DNA from: an uncultured bacterium
Lineage (GTDB): Bacteria; Auribacterota; Erginobacteria; Erginobacterales; Erginobacteraceae
Direction: 5' to 3'
Assembly (NCBI GenBank): GCA_963822585.1
Contig: CAWGIE010000019.1
Location: forward strand, 128,001 to 192,000
Length of the DNA: 64,000 bases
The stretch's first letter is position 1. Each line of letters opens with the position of its first letter. Shown here one piece after another: positions 35,207 through 44,597 of the stretch. A program made the translations under genes and the position numbers. Below the pieces are notes generated by a model. It saw only the letters and a list, made by a program, of their open reading frames with translations, ran no database searches and was not told the origin of the DNA.

Positions 35207-36319
35207 ATGAAAACAGACATCGACACGCTATTGCGGACGCTGGTGATCAAAAAGGCCTCCGATCTCCACCTCCAGGCGGGAATTCCCCCCGTCTTCCGGA
35301 TTAACGGGGAACTGGAGACCACCGACCTCGCGCCGCTCACCTCCGAAGAGATCGAAACGCGGTTCGTGGACACCATCATGGACCGGGAGCAGAAGAAGAA
35401 ATTCGAGCGCGATCATCACATCGATTTGTCCTATGCCGTTCCCGGCGTCGCCCGTTTCCGGGTCAACGTCTTCCGGCAGCGGGGGAACGTCGGCGCGGTG
35501 ATGCGCATGATTCCCTTTGAAGTCCCGACCATCGACGAGCTGGGGCTGCCGCCGATCGTGAAGAAGCTGGTTCAAAATCCCCACGGACTGATCCTGGTCA
35601 CCGGCCCCACGGGGAGCGGCAAATCAACGACGCTGGCGGCCCTCGTCGACTACATCAACGCCCGGAAAAATGCCCACATCATCACCATCGAGGACCCGAT
35701 CGAATTCGCCTTCGCCGGAAAATCCTGCCTGATCAACCAGCGGGAAGTGGGAAGAGACACGAACTCATTCGCCGACGCCCTGCGGGACGCCCTCCGGGAA
35801 GACCCCGACGTCATCCTGGTCGGGGAGATGCGTGACCTGGAGACCATCTCCAACGCCATCACCGCCGCCGAGACCGGCCACCTGGTCTTCGCCACCCTCC
35901 ACACCAACGACGCCGCCCAGACCGTGGATCGGATCATCGACGTTTTCCCTCCGGACCAGCAGCAGCAGATCCGCACCCAGCTCGCCGCCACGCTCCTGGG
36001 GGTCGTCGCCCAGACGCTCCTCAGGAAGAAGGACGGTACGGGAAGAGTGGCCGCCTTCGAGATTCTGGTCGCCAATGCCGCCGTCCGGAACCTGATCAAA
36101 ACCGGCAAAACCAACCAGATTTATTCCATCATTCAGACCGGACGACAGGAAGGGATGCAGCTCCTCGCCCAATCCCTGAAAGAGCTCTGCCGGGACGATG
36201 TCGTGACGGAGGAGGAAGCGATGAGCAAAGTAACTGACCCCAAAGCGTTCAAAGCCCTTCTCAAGGACCACGCGTCGCGCCCGGCAATGGACTCCATCCC
36301 GGAAATCCCCGCCGATTAA
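35207..36319 (+). CDS. pilT: Type IV pilus retraction ATPase
   Basis: Motifs ASDLHL, GPTGSGKSTT, TIEDPIE, REDPDVILVGEMRD, TGHLVFATLHT and AVRNLIK. Confidence 0.93.
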   Translation: MKTDIDTLLRTLVIKKASDLHLQAGIPPVFRINGELETTDLAPLTSEEIETRFVDTIMDREQKKKFERDHHIDLSYAVPGVARFRVNVFRQRGNVGAVMRMIPFEVPTIDELGLPPIVKKLVQNPHGLILVTGPTGSGKSTTLAALVDYINARKNAHIITIEDPIEFAFAGKSCLINQREVGRDTNSFADALRDALREDPDVILVGEMRDLETISNAITAAETGHLVFATLHTNDAAQTVDRIIDVFPPDQQQQIRTQLAATLLGVVAQTLLRKKDGTGRVAAFEILVANAAVRNLIKTGKTNQIYSIIQTGRQEGMQLLAQSLKELCRDDVVTEEEAMSKVTDPKAFKALLKDHASRPAMDSIPEIPAD

Positions 36320-36360
36320 CCCGATGTATTCCCGCCGACAGGCATATATCTGGCTAATGA

Positions 36361-36571
36361 GAGCTTACTCGAAAAGCTCGTAAGCTCTCAAATCCTAATA
36401 TCTAAATACTAAATCCTAAATAATATCAAATGACCCAAACTAAAAAATCCAAAACAATGGGGCTACAACCGGCGATATTTGAAGCATTTGATTATTTGGA
36501 TTTTGGATTTATTTAGGATTTAGATATTAGGATTTAGGATTTCCTGCTCGAAATCCTTTCCGAGTAAGGTC
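36361..36571. repeat. Long inverted repeat built on AAATCCT/AAATACT heptamers, between convergent genes
   Basis: Inner arms AAATCCTAATATCTAAATACTAAAT and ATTTAGGATTTAGATATTAGGATTT; outer arms CTTACTCG and CGAGTAAG. Confidence 0.85.
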
Positions 36572-36574
36572 TAA

Positions 36575-37945
36575 TTATAATCCATATTTCTTCATCTTGC
36601 TGTAGAGCGTACCCCGGGCGATGCCCAGCTCTTCAGCCGACCGCGAGAGGTTGGATCCGTTCTTCTTGAGCGCCTCCCGGATCAGCGCCTCCTCATTCTC
36701 CGCCAGGAGCAGCGAGTGTCGACCCGGGGCCGGGCTCTTCTCTTTCCCCCGAAAAAGCAGCGGGGGCAGGTTGGCGACGGTAATCCGGGGGGGCTGAGCC
36801 GTAATCACCGCCCGCTCAACGGCATTTTCCAGTTCCCGGATGTTTCCCGGCCAGGGATAGGCAAAGAGCGCATCGTATGCCCCTTCAGTAAAGGAGCATT
36901 CCTCCTTGCCGAATTTACCGGCATAAATGGAAAAGAAGTGATCGATCAGCAAGGGGATGTCCTCCATCCTCTCCCGGAGCGGGGGGAGGTAGAGGGTGAT
37001 GATATTGAGCCGGTGGAAAAGATCGCGCCGGAACGTCCCCTCGTTGACCGCTTTTTCCAGGTCCGTGTTGGAGGCCGCGATAACGCGGACATTTACTTTC
37101 AATGTCGCGCTTCCGCCGACCCGTTCCAGCTCTCCTTCCTCGATCACCCGTAAAAGCTTCGCCTGGGCATCCAGGGGCAGAGTGGAGATCTCATTAAGGA
37201 AGATCGTCCCCTCGTCCGCCCGCTCAAACTTTCCCCGCCGCAGGTCGCAGGCGCCGGTAAATGCCCCCTTCTCATGTCCGAAGAGATCGCTCTCGATCAG
37301 ACGGTCGCTGAGGACCGCGCAGTCGGTAACGACGAAGGGCTTTTTTGCCCGGGAGCTTTTCTCGTGGATTACCCGGGCCAGAAGGTCTTTCCCGGTCCCG
37401 GTTTCTCCGAGGATCAGAACGGTGGTGTCGAGGAGAGCGGTACTCTCCACCAGTTCCATCAGCTGCTGCATCATCTTGCTCCTGCCCACCACCATGAAGC
37501 TGCGGCCCTTTTCACGCATTTGGTCCTTCAGCCGGGCCAGCTCTTCCCGGAGCCGATGCCGTTCCCGGTTTTTCTCGATCAGGGAGAGGATTTCCCCGGG
37601 GTTAAAAGGCTTGGTTATATAGCGGGCCGCTCCCGCTTTGATGGATTCGACGGCGGCCTGGACATCGTAGCTCGCGGTGACCACCGCCTCTTCGGCGTCG
37701 GGAAAAGTCCTTTTCAGCTCTTGAATGACTTCCAGTCCGCTCGCCCCCGGAAGATCAAAGTCGATCAGGGCGACGGTGATATCGTCCGCTTCCCTGATTA
37801 CTTGCAGCGCTTCCGTTCCCGAGGCGGCATAAAGGACCCGGGGATATTTTTTCAAGAGGCGCCGATAGAGGTCGAGGATTACGGGATCGTCGTCAACGAC
37901 CAGGATGGCGCCCCCCGGGGAATCCGTCTTTTCATTTTTCTTCAT
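36575..37945 (-). CDS. Sigma54-dependent response regulator (NtrC/AtoC family)
   Basis: REC domain, then GETGTGK, FGHEKGAFTGA, WPGNIREL and a Fis-type HTH. Confidence 0.94.
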   Translation of the reverse strand: MKKNEKTDSPGGAILVVDDDPVILDLYRRLLKKYPRVLYAASGTEALQVIREADDITVALIDFDLPGASGLEVIQELKRTFPDAEEAVVTASYDVQAAVESIKAGAARYITKPFNPGEILSLIEKNRERHRLREELARLKDQMREKGRSFMVVGRSKMMQQLMELVESTALLDTTVLILGETGTGKDLLARVIHEKSSRAKKPFVVTDCAVLSDRLIESDLFGHEKGAFTGACDLRRGKFERADEGTIFLNEISTLPLDAQAKLLRVIEEGELERVGGSATLKVNVRVIAASNTDLEKAVNEGTFRRDLFHRLNIITLYLPPLRERMEDIPLLIDHFFSIYAGKFGKEECSFTEGAYDALFAYPWPGNIRELENAVERAVITAQPPRITVANLPPLLFRGKEKSPAPGRHSLLLAENEEALIREALKKNGSNLSRSAEELGIARGTLYSKMKKYGL

Positions 37946-38236
37946 TTATTTTTTCTCCGAAAAAATAAGATTATTGAAAGACATTTCAACCCGAAGGCAT
38001 GGTAGGTGATGGCAGTCATTCTGTCAATAATTATGTTCATTATACGACGCCTGTGGTGTCGTATTTTAAACACATTAACGATGTATATTAAACATTATCA
38101 CAACAATAAGCATCCCCGGCAATAATTATTAATTCTGTTGTCTGTCATCATAACTGACTGCAATACAAATTGATGAGGATAATCCATTCTGACGGAAAGC
38201 ATCTGAGCGCCACCCCTTGGGAATTTTTTCATCTCC

Positions 38237-38252
38237 TGGCACACAATCTGCA
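38237..38252 (+). promoter_or_regulatory. Putative sigma54 -24/-12 promoter
   Basis: TGGCAC-ACAAT-CTGCA (GG-N10-GC), divergent from the NtrC-family gene. Confidence 0.6.
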
Positions 38253-38267
38253 CAGTAATAAGGTGAG

Positions 38268-38813
38268 ATGAAAATAAACCTGAAAAAAATCATGGTCGCC
38301 GCCGGATGTTTTATCGTTGCTTCCAGCGTTTGTATTGCCGAATCTCCGGCCGCCTGGAAAATGAGCCAGAATGAAGCTCTTCGGGGCGATTATTATTATC
38401 TGACTCCCCCGATGCGGGTGGTGATCGAGGATATCCTCTATCGCCGCTTTTACACGTCCGAAGAACAGTTGACCCGAGCAATCTTTGACTGGGTGGTGGA
38501 GAATGTACTGTATGAAGACTGCTACGGCGCCGTCACCGCCGCCCGTGTTTTCGAAAATAAAAAAGGAAAATGCAGCGGTCAGGCGCGGCTTCTGATCGCT
38601 ATGGCTCAGGACTTTGGCTTGGACGCCCGGTATGTGCTGGTCGATCGTGATTGTGACGGTAAGCAGGTCAGTCATGCCTGTGCCTGGATCCGGATTGACG
38701 GCCGGGGGTGCCTGATCGATCCCGCGTATAAAATGTTCGATGTCCATCACCAGTCCTGGCGAATGGTCTCCGATACCCCGGGCCGATTGCTGCTGGCACT
38801 GGGGAACAGGTGA
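38268..38813 (+). CDS. Secreted transglutaminase-like domain protein
   Basis: Signal peptide; Cys-His-Asp triad pattern KGKCSGQA...HACAW...LIDP. Confidence 0.8.
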   Translation: MKINLKKIMVAAGCFIVASSVCIAESPAAWKMSQNEALRGDYYYLTPPMRVVIEDILYRRFYTSEEQLTRAIFDWVVENVLYEDCYGAVTAARVFENKKGKCSGQARLLIAMAQDFGLDARYVLVDRDCDGKQVSHACAWIRIDGRGCLIDPAYKMFDVHHQSWRMVSDTPGRLLLALGNR

Positions 38814-38997
38814 TGCAGACTCTCCTAATGGTTACCGTGGTTTTTTACTCCCTCTCCGGAAAAGGTGAATACGCTTGACAGTACCGTCGGAATAATCTTA
38901 TACAAAATGTTGTTGTATTCCGTGAGACAATAATCAAGCTTTCCGGGCTGGCAGAAGCTATACGGTACTCAAACCTGCTCAGCCCCCTGGAGTCGCC

Positions 38998-39384
38998 ATG
39001 GCAAAGTATACGATTCTCGTTATCGATGATGATGAAGATATCCGCGCGTTTTTGCAAAGAACGCTGGAGACAGCCGGATGTTACACGGTTATCACCGCCA
39101 AGAACGGCCTGGACGGGATCAAGCTGGCCCGGAAGAAACACCCTGACCTGGTTCTGCTGGACATCATGATGCCCGGTTTGGACGGATTCGAAGTTTTGCA
39201 GCGGTTGAAGAGCGATTACAAGACCATGTCCATCCCGGTTGTCGTACTGAGCGCGGAAACAGGCGAAGACGCCAAAATCAAGAGTTCCTACCTTTACACC
39301 GAATTTTACCTCACCAAGCCCATCACCCGCGAAGAGCTGCTGGAGAAGGTCGGCAAAATCCTGAAGAGGAAGCAACTCTATTGA
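38998..39384 (+). CDS. Single-domain response regulator
   Basis: Motifs VIDDD, LLDIMMPGLDG and YLTKP. Confidence 0.88.
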   Translation: MAKYTILVIDDDEDIRAFLQRTLETAGCYTVITAKNGLDGIKLARKKHPDLVLLDIMMPGLDGFEVLQRLKSDYKTMSIPVVVLSAETGEDAKIKSSYLYTEFYLTKPITREELLEKVGKILKRKQLY

Positions 39385-39472
39385 CCCGGATTAATCGGGC
39401 TGAGCGCCAAGGTAACACAGACATTCCTGTCTGTGCGCCAAAGTGACACAGACATTACTGTCTGTGCGCTAA

Positions 39473-41486
39473 CCCGACTTTCGCAATTGGGCCTTAAAAA
39501 CAACTATTTTCGGGGGGTCAATTAACAGAAGTCATTGTACGACAACAACCGGATTTTTAAAAGTGTTTGTGGTACAGACCTACCCCCTTGTCAGGTACAG
39601 GGAGATTACTATATTTTGTCTCCACCATGTACCTGAAGTGTCATCGCCGATTCAAAGATGGGAAGGAACACCGCTACTGGAGCATTGCGGAGAAGCACCG
39701 CTGCCGGGGCGGTCGGGTGGTTGATCGCCACATCCTGTACCTGGGAGAGATTAACGACAGTCAGCAAGAGTCCTGGTTACGGTGTATCGACGCATTCGAT
39801 GTTAAGCAAAGGTGCCAGACGAAGCTGGCCCTGTTTCCATCTGATCGCGCCATACCGGAGTACGCGAGCGATCAGGGGGTGCAAGTTTGCCTGGAAGAGT
39901 TCACGCTGCGGCGGCCGAGGCAATGGGGAGCCTGTTGGGCATTTTGTCGGATCTGGGACGAGTTGGAACTGGATCGATTCTGGAGCGAGCGTCTGAAGGA
40001 CAGCCGCAAAGGAACATCGTGGTACCGGGTATTAATGGTCCTGGCGGCGTATCGCTTGATTGACCCCGGTAGCGAGTGGCGCCTTCACCGGCAATGGTAC
40101 AAGCGGAGCGCGATGGGAGATCTGCTGGGAGAAGATTTCTCCCTGGTCGCCAAGGATAAACTTTATCGGTGTCTGGACAGGCTTCTGGAACACAAGGAGG
40201 ATTTATTCAGTTTTCTGGCTGAGCGCTGGCACGATCTTTTCGGGATCACCTACGACGTGATCTTATACGACCTGACCAGCACCTATTTTGAGAGCGACCC
40301 GCCTTTCGACAAGAACGATAAAAGGAGATATGGCTACAGCCGGGATCATCGGCCCGATTGCGTGCAGGTAGTGATCGCCCTGGTGGTGACACCGGAAGGA
40401 TTTCCCCTGGCCTACGAGGTTATGCCGGGGAACACCAGGGACAACGCCACTCTGCCGGATTTCCTGAAGAAGATCGAATCGAGATATGGCAAGGCCCGGC
40501 GGATCTGGCTGATGGATCGGGGGATCCCGACCGAAGAGCACCTGGCCTGGATGAGAGAACGGGGGATGCTTTACCTGGTCGGGACCCCCAAGGGAAGACT
40601 CACCAAACTGGAGAAAGAGTTGTTGAACCGGCCCTGGCAGGAAGTGCGGCCGGAAGTTCAGGTCAAACTCTTGCCCCGTGATGATGATCTTTATGTCTGG
40701 GTGCAGAGCCGGCCCCGGGTGGGCAAGGAAAGATCGATGCGCCGGCGGCGGCTTAAACGGCTGTGGGCGCGCTTGAAGGAATTGCGACGCCAGCGGCCGA
40801 CATATGAAAACCTGCTTTTGAAGTTGGGCGCGGCAAAAAAAGATGCCGGGCGGGTTTGGTCTCTGGTTGAGGTCGAATTGCCCGATCCTCCGGAGAAAAA
40901 GATGCGGTCCCGGCGGGTGTCATTCACCTACAGTCTCAACAAAGAGAAGCTGCGGGCGGTGCGCCGCAGAGAGGGGAGATATTTACTGCGTTCAAATCTG
41001 GTCGAGACCGACCCGGGGAAGCTCTGGGAGTTCTACCTGCTCCTGGTGGAAGTAGAGAATGCCTTCAAAAACCTGAAAGGCGATATGACATTGCGCCCCA
41101 TCTTCCATCAGAGAGAGGACCGGATCGAGGCCCATATTTTCCTCGCCTTCCTCGCGTACTGTATTCACGTTACCCTCCGCCAGAGATTGCGGCAGAGAGC
41201 GCCGGGTCTGACGGTGAGGCAGGCGTTGGACAGTCTGGGGGCGATGCAGATGCTGGACGTGCACTTCCCCACCACTGACGGCAGGGAGTTGATATTTACC
41301 CGGTATACCCAGCCGGAAAAGGAACAGCAACTACTGCTCAGCCAGCTGGACTGGCGGTTGCCGAAACAGCCTCCGCCGAAGATAACTGCAAAAAGAGCAG
41401 TGGAAATGTAGTACAGACCTTTGGGAAGGTTTTGTTGATTTGCAGGGAGTTACGACTCAAAAATAGGTCCAATTGCGAAAGTCGGG
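39473..41486 (+). mobile_element. Complete IS1634-family insertion sequence (2014 bp)
   Basis: Perfect 18-bp terminal inverted repeats CCCGACTTTCGCAATTGG; CTAA duplicated at 39469-39472 and 41487-41490. Confidence 0.92.
39627..41411 (+). CDS. IS1634-family DDE transposase
   Basis: Motifs LYDLTSTYFE, GYSRDHRPD, MDRG, VENAFKNLK and LRPIFHQ.EDRIEAHIF. Confidence 0.92.
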   Translation: MYLKCHRRFKDGKEHRYWSIAEKHRCRGGRVVDRHILYLGEINDSQQESWLRCIDAFDVKQRCQTKLALFPSDRAIPEYASDQGVQVCLEEFTLRRPRQWGACWAFCRIWDELELDRFWSERLKDSRKGTSWYRVLMVLAAYRLIDPGSEWRLHRQWYKRSAMGDLLGEDFSLVAKDKLYRCLDRLLEHKEDLFSFLAERWHDLFGITYDVILYDLTSTYFESDPPFDKNDKRRYGYSRDHRPDCVQVVIALVVTPEGFPLAYEVMPGNTRDNATLPDFLKKIESRYGKARRIWLMDRGIPTEEHLAWMRERGMLYLVGTPKGRLTKLEKELLNRPWQEVRPEVQVKLLPRDDDLYVWVQSRPRVGKERSMRRRRLKRLWARLKELRRQRPTYENLLLKLGAAKKDAGRVWSLVEVELPDPPEKKMRSRRVSFTYSLNKEKLRAVRRREGRYLLRSNLVETDPGKLWEFYLLLVEVENAFKNLKGDMTLRPIFHQREDRIEAHIFLAFLAYCIHVTLRQRLRQRAPGLTVRQALDSLGAMQMLDVHFPTTDGRELIFTRYTQPEKEQQLLLSQLDWRLPKQPPPKITAKRAVEM

Positions 41487-41901
41487 CTAAGGTAATACAG
41501 ACATTACTGTCTGTGCGCCAAAGTGACACAGACATTCCTGTCTGTGCGGCAAAAAGGCAATCCAGCCTTTACTGCTCCTCCCGAACGCGCATAATAACCA
41601 ACCATTTGAAATCTGAATATCATCTTGAATTCAGCCATTATTGTTCTACCATGCCTACCGTGTGAGCACATCGAAGGATTCAACGAAGGGCGGCCGCCCT
41701 TTTTCTTTGATTCTTATCACCAGCATCCCTCGCTGTCCGAACTCTCCCACCGCTGCCATGCAGAAATTGCACCATAGCAGTTAACGCTTTTTCCTCTTCC
41801 GGTAGAAAGTCTTCTCCGCCATGGCCTTTTACCTTTCCCGACTTGATTGGCATTTTTTTGCAGGATAAAGCATTACGACTATATTTCGTTTATCCCGCTC
41901 A

Positions 41902-41916
41902 TGGCACAATATTTGC
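41902..41916 (+). promoter_or_regulatory. Putative sigma54 -24/-12 promoter
   Basis: TGGCAC-AATAT-TTGC, an exact match to the TGGCAC-N5-TTGC consensus, ~70 bp before ORF 41989. Confidence 0.7.
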
Positions 41917-41988
41917 GTTAGAAAATCATCACCGGTAGGTACTGCGCACTGAAGACACCATCGGGTGGGACGCTTGGTCCCCTGATTC

Positions 41989-42339
41989 ATGAACATCACA
42001 GAACAACACTTTCACAAGACGCTGGCGGACCGGGTATATCGTAAGGTCTTCCGCGAAGACGGGATCAGCGATGGCCATGTCCATTTCCATGTCTCCCGCC
42101 ACAAGGACCACCTCATTCTCCTCTGTTCCGGATCGCGATCGGGCACGGTTATTGCCAAAGCTCCCTCATGCCGAAGAGGAGAGTACTCCCCCTGGTACGA
42201 ATCTTCATTCTCCGCTTTCAACCGGGAGATGATCCTCCAGGAGTTGGAACGGGAAATATCCCTGATCCGGATCGACTGCGATGTTTGTAATATGTCGTGG
42301 ACAGGGCTCGAAGATTTTCTCCTCTGGCTAGGGGAATAG
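41989..42339 (+). CDS. Hypothetical protein
   Basis: 116-aa ORF, co-oriented with the next gene, behind a sigma54-like promoter. Confidence 0.55.
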   Translation: MNITEQHFHKTLADRVYRKVFREDGISDGHVHFHVSRHKDHLILLCSGSRSGTVIAKAPSCRRGEYSPWYESSFSAFNREMILQELEREISLIRIDCDVCNMSWTGLEDFLLWLGE

Positions 42340-42366
42340 TCTTTCGCAGCCGGCTGACCAAGAAAT

Positions 42367-42981
42367 ATGAAACTGATTAAATTGCGGTTGAAAACACTGA
42401 TCAGGACCGACGAGGCATATCTGGTCGATCTGGGACAGGGTAAGGTCTGGATACCGAAAAGCGCGATCATGTCCTCCCGAAGGATCGATCAGGGGATTCA
42501 TGAGGTCGAAGTCTTGGAAAGTGTGATCCTGGAAAAGCGCCGGGAGATGCGGAAGATGAAAGAACAGTTGACCGGGCTCAAGGGGTCCATCAGGGGCGAG
42601 GTCATGGAACTGACCGGGAATCTTCTCAAGAAGACCGAATATTCCCTTCTGATTCAGGTCGGCTCCCGGGAGTTATATATCCCCATAGTCTGCTTTTCCG
42701 AATGGCAGGAGCTGCCCGATCACCGATACCGGTTTGTGGTCCAGAAGGATTTCCTTGAATTCAAGCTCCGCCGCCCGGGGGGCGATCAGCAAAAGGCGGT
42801 CAGCACCGTTCGTGCCGAGCTTCTTCAGGAGACCGACCGTGCCTACCTGATAAAATACGAAGGACTGGAAATCTGGTTTCCCAAGCGGGCGGTGATTGAA
42901 GCCCGCGACCGCGGAGAGAAGTGGGAGTTTATGGTGGCGACCGATTTCTGGATGTTCAAGATTGAAGGGCAGATCTCCTGA
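42367..42981 (+). CDS. Hypothetical protein with three tandem copies of a small beta domain (TDxAYL...W.PK motif)
   Basis: Copies read RTDEAYLV..VWIPKS, KTEYSLLI..LYIPIV and ETDRAYLI..IWFPKR. Confidence 0.7.
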   Translation: MKLIKLRLKTLIRTDEAYLVDLGQGKVWIPKSAIMSSRRIDQGIHEVEVLESVILEKRREMRKMKEQLTGLKGSIRGEVMELTGNLLKKTEYSLLIQVGSRELYIPIVCFSEWQELPDHRYRFVVQKDFLEFKLRRPGGDQQKAVSTVRAELLQETDRAYLIKYEGLEIWFPKRAVIEARDRGEKWEFMVATDFWMFKIEGQIS

Positions 42982-43214
42982 TCCGTCCCGGCCGGTGATA
43001 TTCAGCCGGTTGTTTCCTTACTGTATCGTAAGCCGTCCGATGCCGTATCGTCATTCTGCTCACTTTCCTCAAATGGTGAATCACTGACTTTATTTTACCT
43101 TTCCGCTCAATGCTCAAAACGATCACAATCCGAAGAGCGGATTATGATAGAATATGGTTGTTTTATCCACTGGCTTCAAATAAAATATATTCTTAACATT
43201 ATGGCAAAATAAAA

Positions 43215-43300
43215 AACACTCCAACACTCCAACACTCCAACACTCCAACACTCCAACACTCCAACACTCCAACACTCCAACACTCCAACACTCCAACACT
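43215..43300. repeat. Perfect octamer VNTR (AACACTCC) x10.75
   Basis: Direct reading; ends 3 bp before the AGGAGG RBS of 43315. Confidence 0.95.
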
Positions 43301-43314
43301 ATTAGGAGGCATTC

Positions 43315-43611
43315 ATGTACTTCATCATTTACCGTTACATCCTGAAGCCCGGCAGCACCTTCGACGAGGTCTCCCGTTGGATGCGGAGCAATGAAGCGCT
43401 CCAGGCGCAGTGGGGCGCCCTCGAGGCCGATTTTTATCACCGCGCGGGGGGTATCTCCCCCGATTTTTTTGCCCGTTACAAGGTGAAGAGCGTCGACCGG
43501 TGGTGCGAGGGGCTAAGCAGTTCCGAGGCGGAAGAGATGCTCGAAAACCTGGGGGAGCTGGTTGATACCAGCAAGACGGAAACCTGGATCTTCGAAGAAA
43601 TCCCCTACTGA
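43315..43611 (+). CDS. Small hypothetical protein (possible dimeric alpha/beta barrel, NIPSNAP/ABM-like)
   Basis: 98 aa, AGGAGG RBS, ferredoxin-like beta/alpha pattern (fold is inference). Confidence 0.65.
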   Translation: MYFIIYRYILKPGSTFDEVSRWMRSNEALQAQWGALEADFYHRAGGISPDFFARYKVKSVDRWCEGLSSSEAEEMLENLGELVDTSKTETWIFEEIPY

Positions 43612-44297
43612 GCCGATTCGCCGGGCTTAAGCCCGAGCCTGTTTGCTTCCTCCTCGGTCAGCCGGAGCAGGCTCTTCTTGCTGATCTTGGCGGCATCCGC
43701 ACTGTCGGGAGTGTAATAATACTTCCCATTCTTGCCGGTCACGTAGTAGGTGGGAGGCTTCGCCATTGATTTCCCTTCCCAGATCCCCATCCCATGGACA
43801 CGGGCCTTCCGTTCCATCTTTTTCAGGTAATCTTCGTACTTCAGCTTGTTTCCGTAATCATTATATCGAGCATACCCTTCCTTGAGGAGCAGTCCATTCA
43901 CCAGCTCGCCGTCAACGATCACGTAGGCGAGCCTTCGACCATACGCTCCCACGGTGACCCCCTTCTCATAGGCCAGGCCTACCTCGCTCCCGGCGGGGAT
44001 GAGAAGCTTGACGAAATTGGCGGCGTCGCGACCCCAGGGTTCGTCCGGCGGATCCCCCCTATGCTTCCAGATCTCCGGTGAATTGACCCCCAGGAACCTG
44101 ATCCTCTCCCCTTCCTGGGTGACCAGGGTATCGCCGTCGATGACGTACTTGACCGTGACCGTTTCATCGGGGGTAAAGCGTACTTCCGGGGCCGCTTCTT
44201 CTTTTGATCCGCACCCGAAGTTTAAGAGAAGAAGAAGAGGGATTAGATAATGAATCCGCCCCAGCAGTTTTCGATTGCTTCCGAAAAATATTCTCAT
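43605..44297 (-). CDS. Thermonuclease (SNase-like) lipoprotein
   Basis: Lipobox FGC; motifs VIDGDT, IRFLGVNSPE, YGRRLAYV, LLKEGYA and GMGIW. Confidence 0.9.
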   Translation of the reverse strand: MRIFFGSNRKLLGRIHYLIPLLLLLNFGCGSKEEAAPEVRFTPDETVTVKYVIDGDTLVTQEGERIRFLGVNSPEIWKHRGDPPDEPWGRDAANFVKLLIPAGSEVGLAYEKGVTVGAYGRRLAYVIVDGELVNGLLLKEGYARYNDYGNKLKYEDYLKKMERKARVHGMGIWEGKSMAKPPTYYVTGKNGKYYYTPDSADAAKISKKSLLRLTEEEANRLGLKPGESAQ

Positions 44298-44597
44298 GGT
44301 TTGCCTCCCCCTTTTATTGTACTCTCTTAAATTATCGCCTCCGGCGCTAATTTAGTGGGTTTTTTATCTTACAACAATAGAAGATTGTTTACGTCATTTT
44401 GATCAGTTTCAATCCAACTATTCACGTCCAAACGGTAAGTCATTGTTATCATAAAACAAAATCATAAATTGTTATTTTAGCTGTCTTTTCGTCTGTTTCG
44501 GAATTTCAATAATTGGATTTTTCCGATTATTGAAATTCCGAAATAGGGACATAGACTGTATACGGTTCAAATTAATTTAAACGCGGGAGGGCTACCT

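Larger units (their letters stand above)
39404..41548. repeat. REP array of four 31-bp units (GCGCYAA.GT.AYACAGACATTMCTGTCTGT) interrupted by the IS
   Basis: Two units lie left of the IS, one is split by it, and one lies to the right. Confidence 0.8.

Noticed and set aside
39404..41548. CRISPR array from the 31-bp palindromic units
   Set aside because: Intervening sequences are ~10 bp and near-identical; this is a REP array.
41680..41853. 57-aa minus-strand ORF (MPIKSGKVKG...)
   Set aside because: It has no recognisable motif or clear RBS, so it cannot be supported from sequence alone.
41848..41862. Third sigma54 promoter (TGGCATTTTTTTGCA)
   Set aside because: GG-to-GC spacing is 9, not the required 10.
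43123..43440. ORF with VLECWSVG repeats
   Set aside because: It is the translation of the octamer VNTR on the opposite strand and overlaps a better gene.
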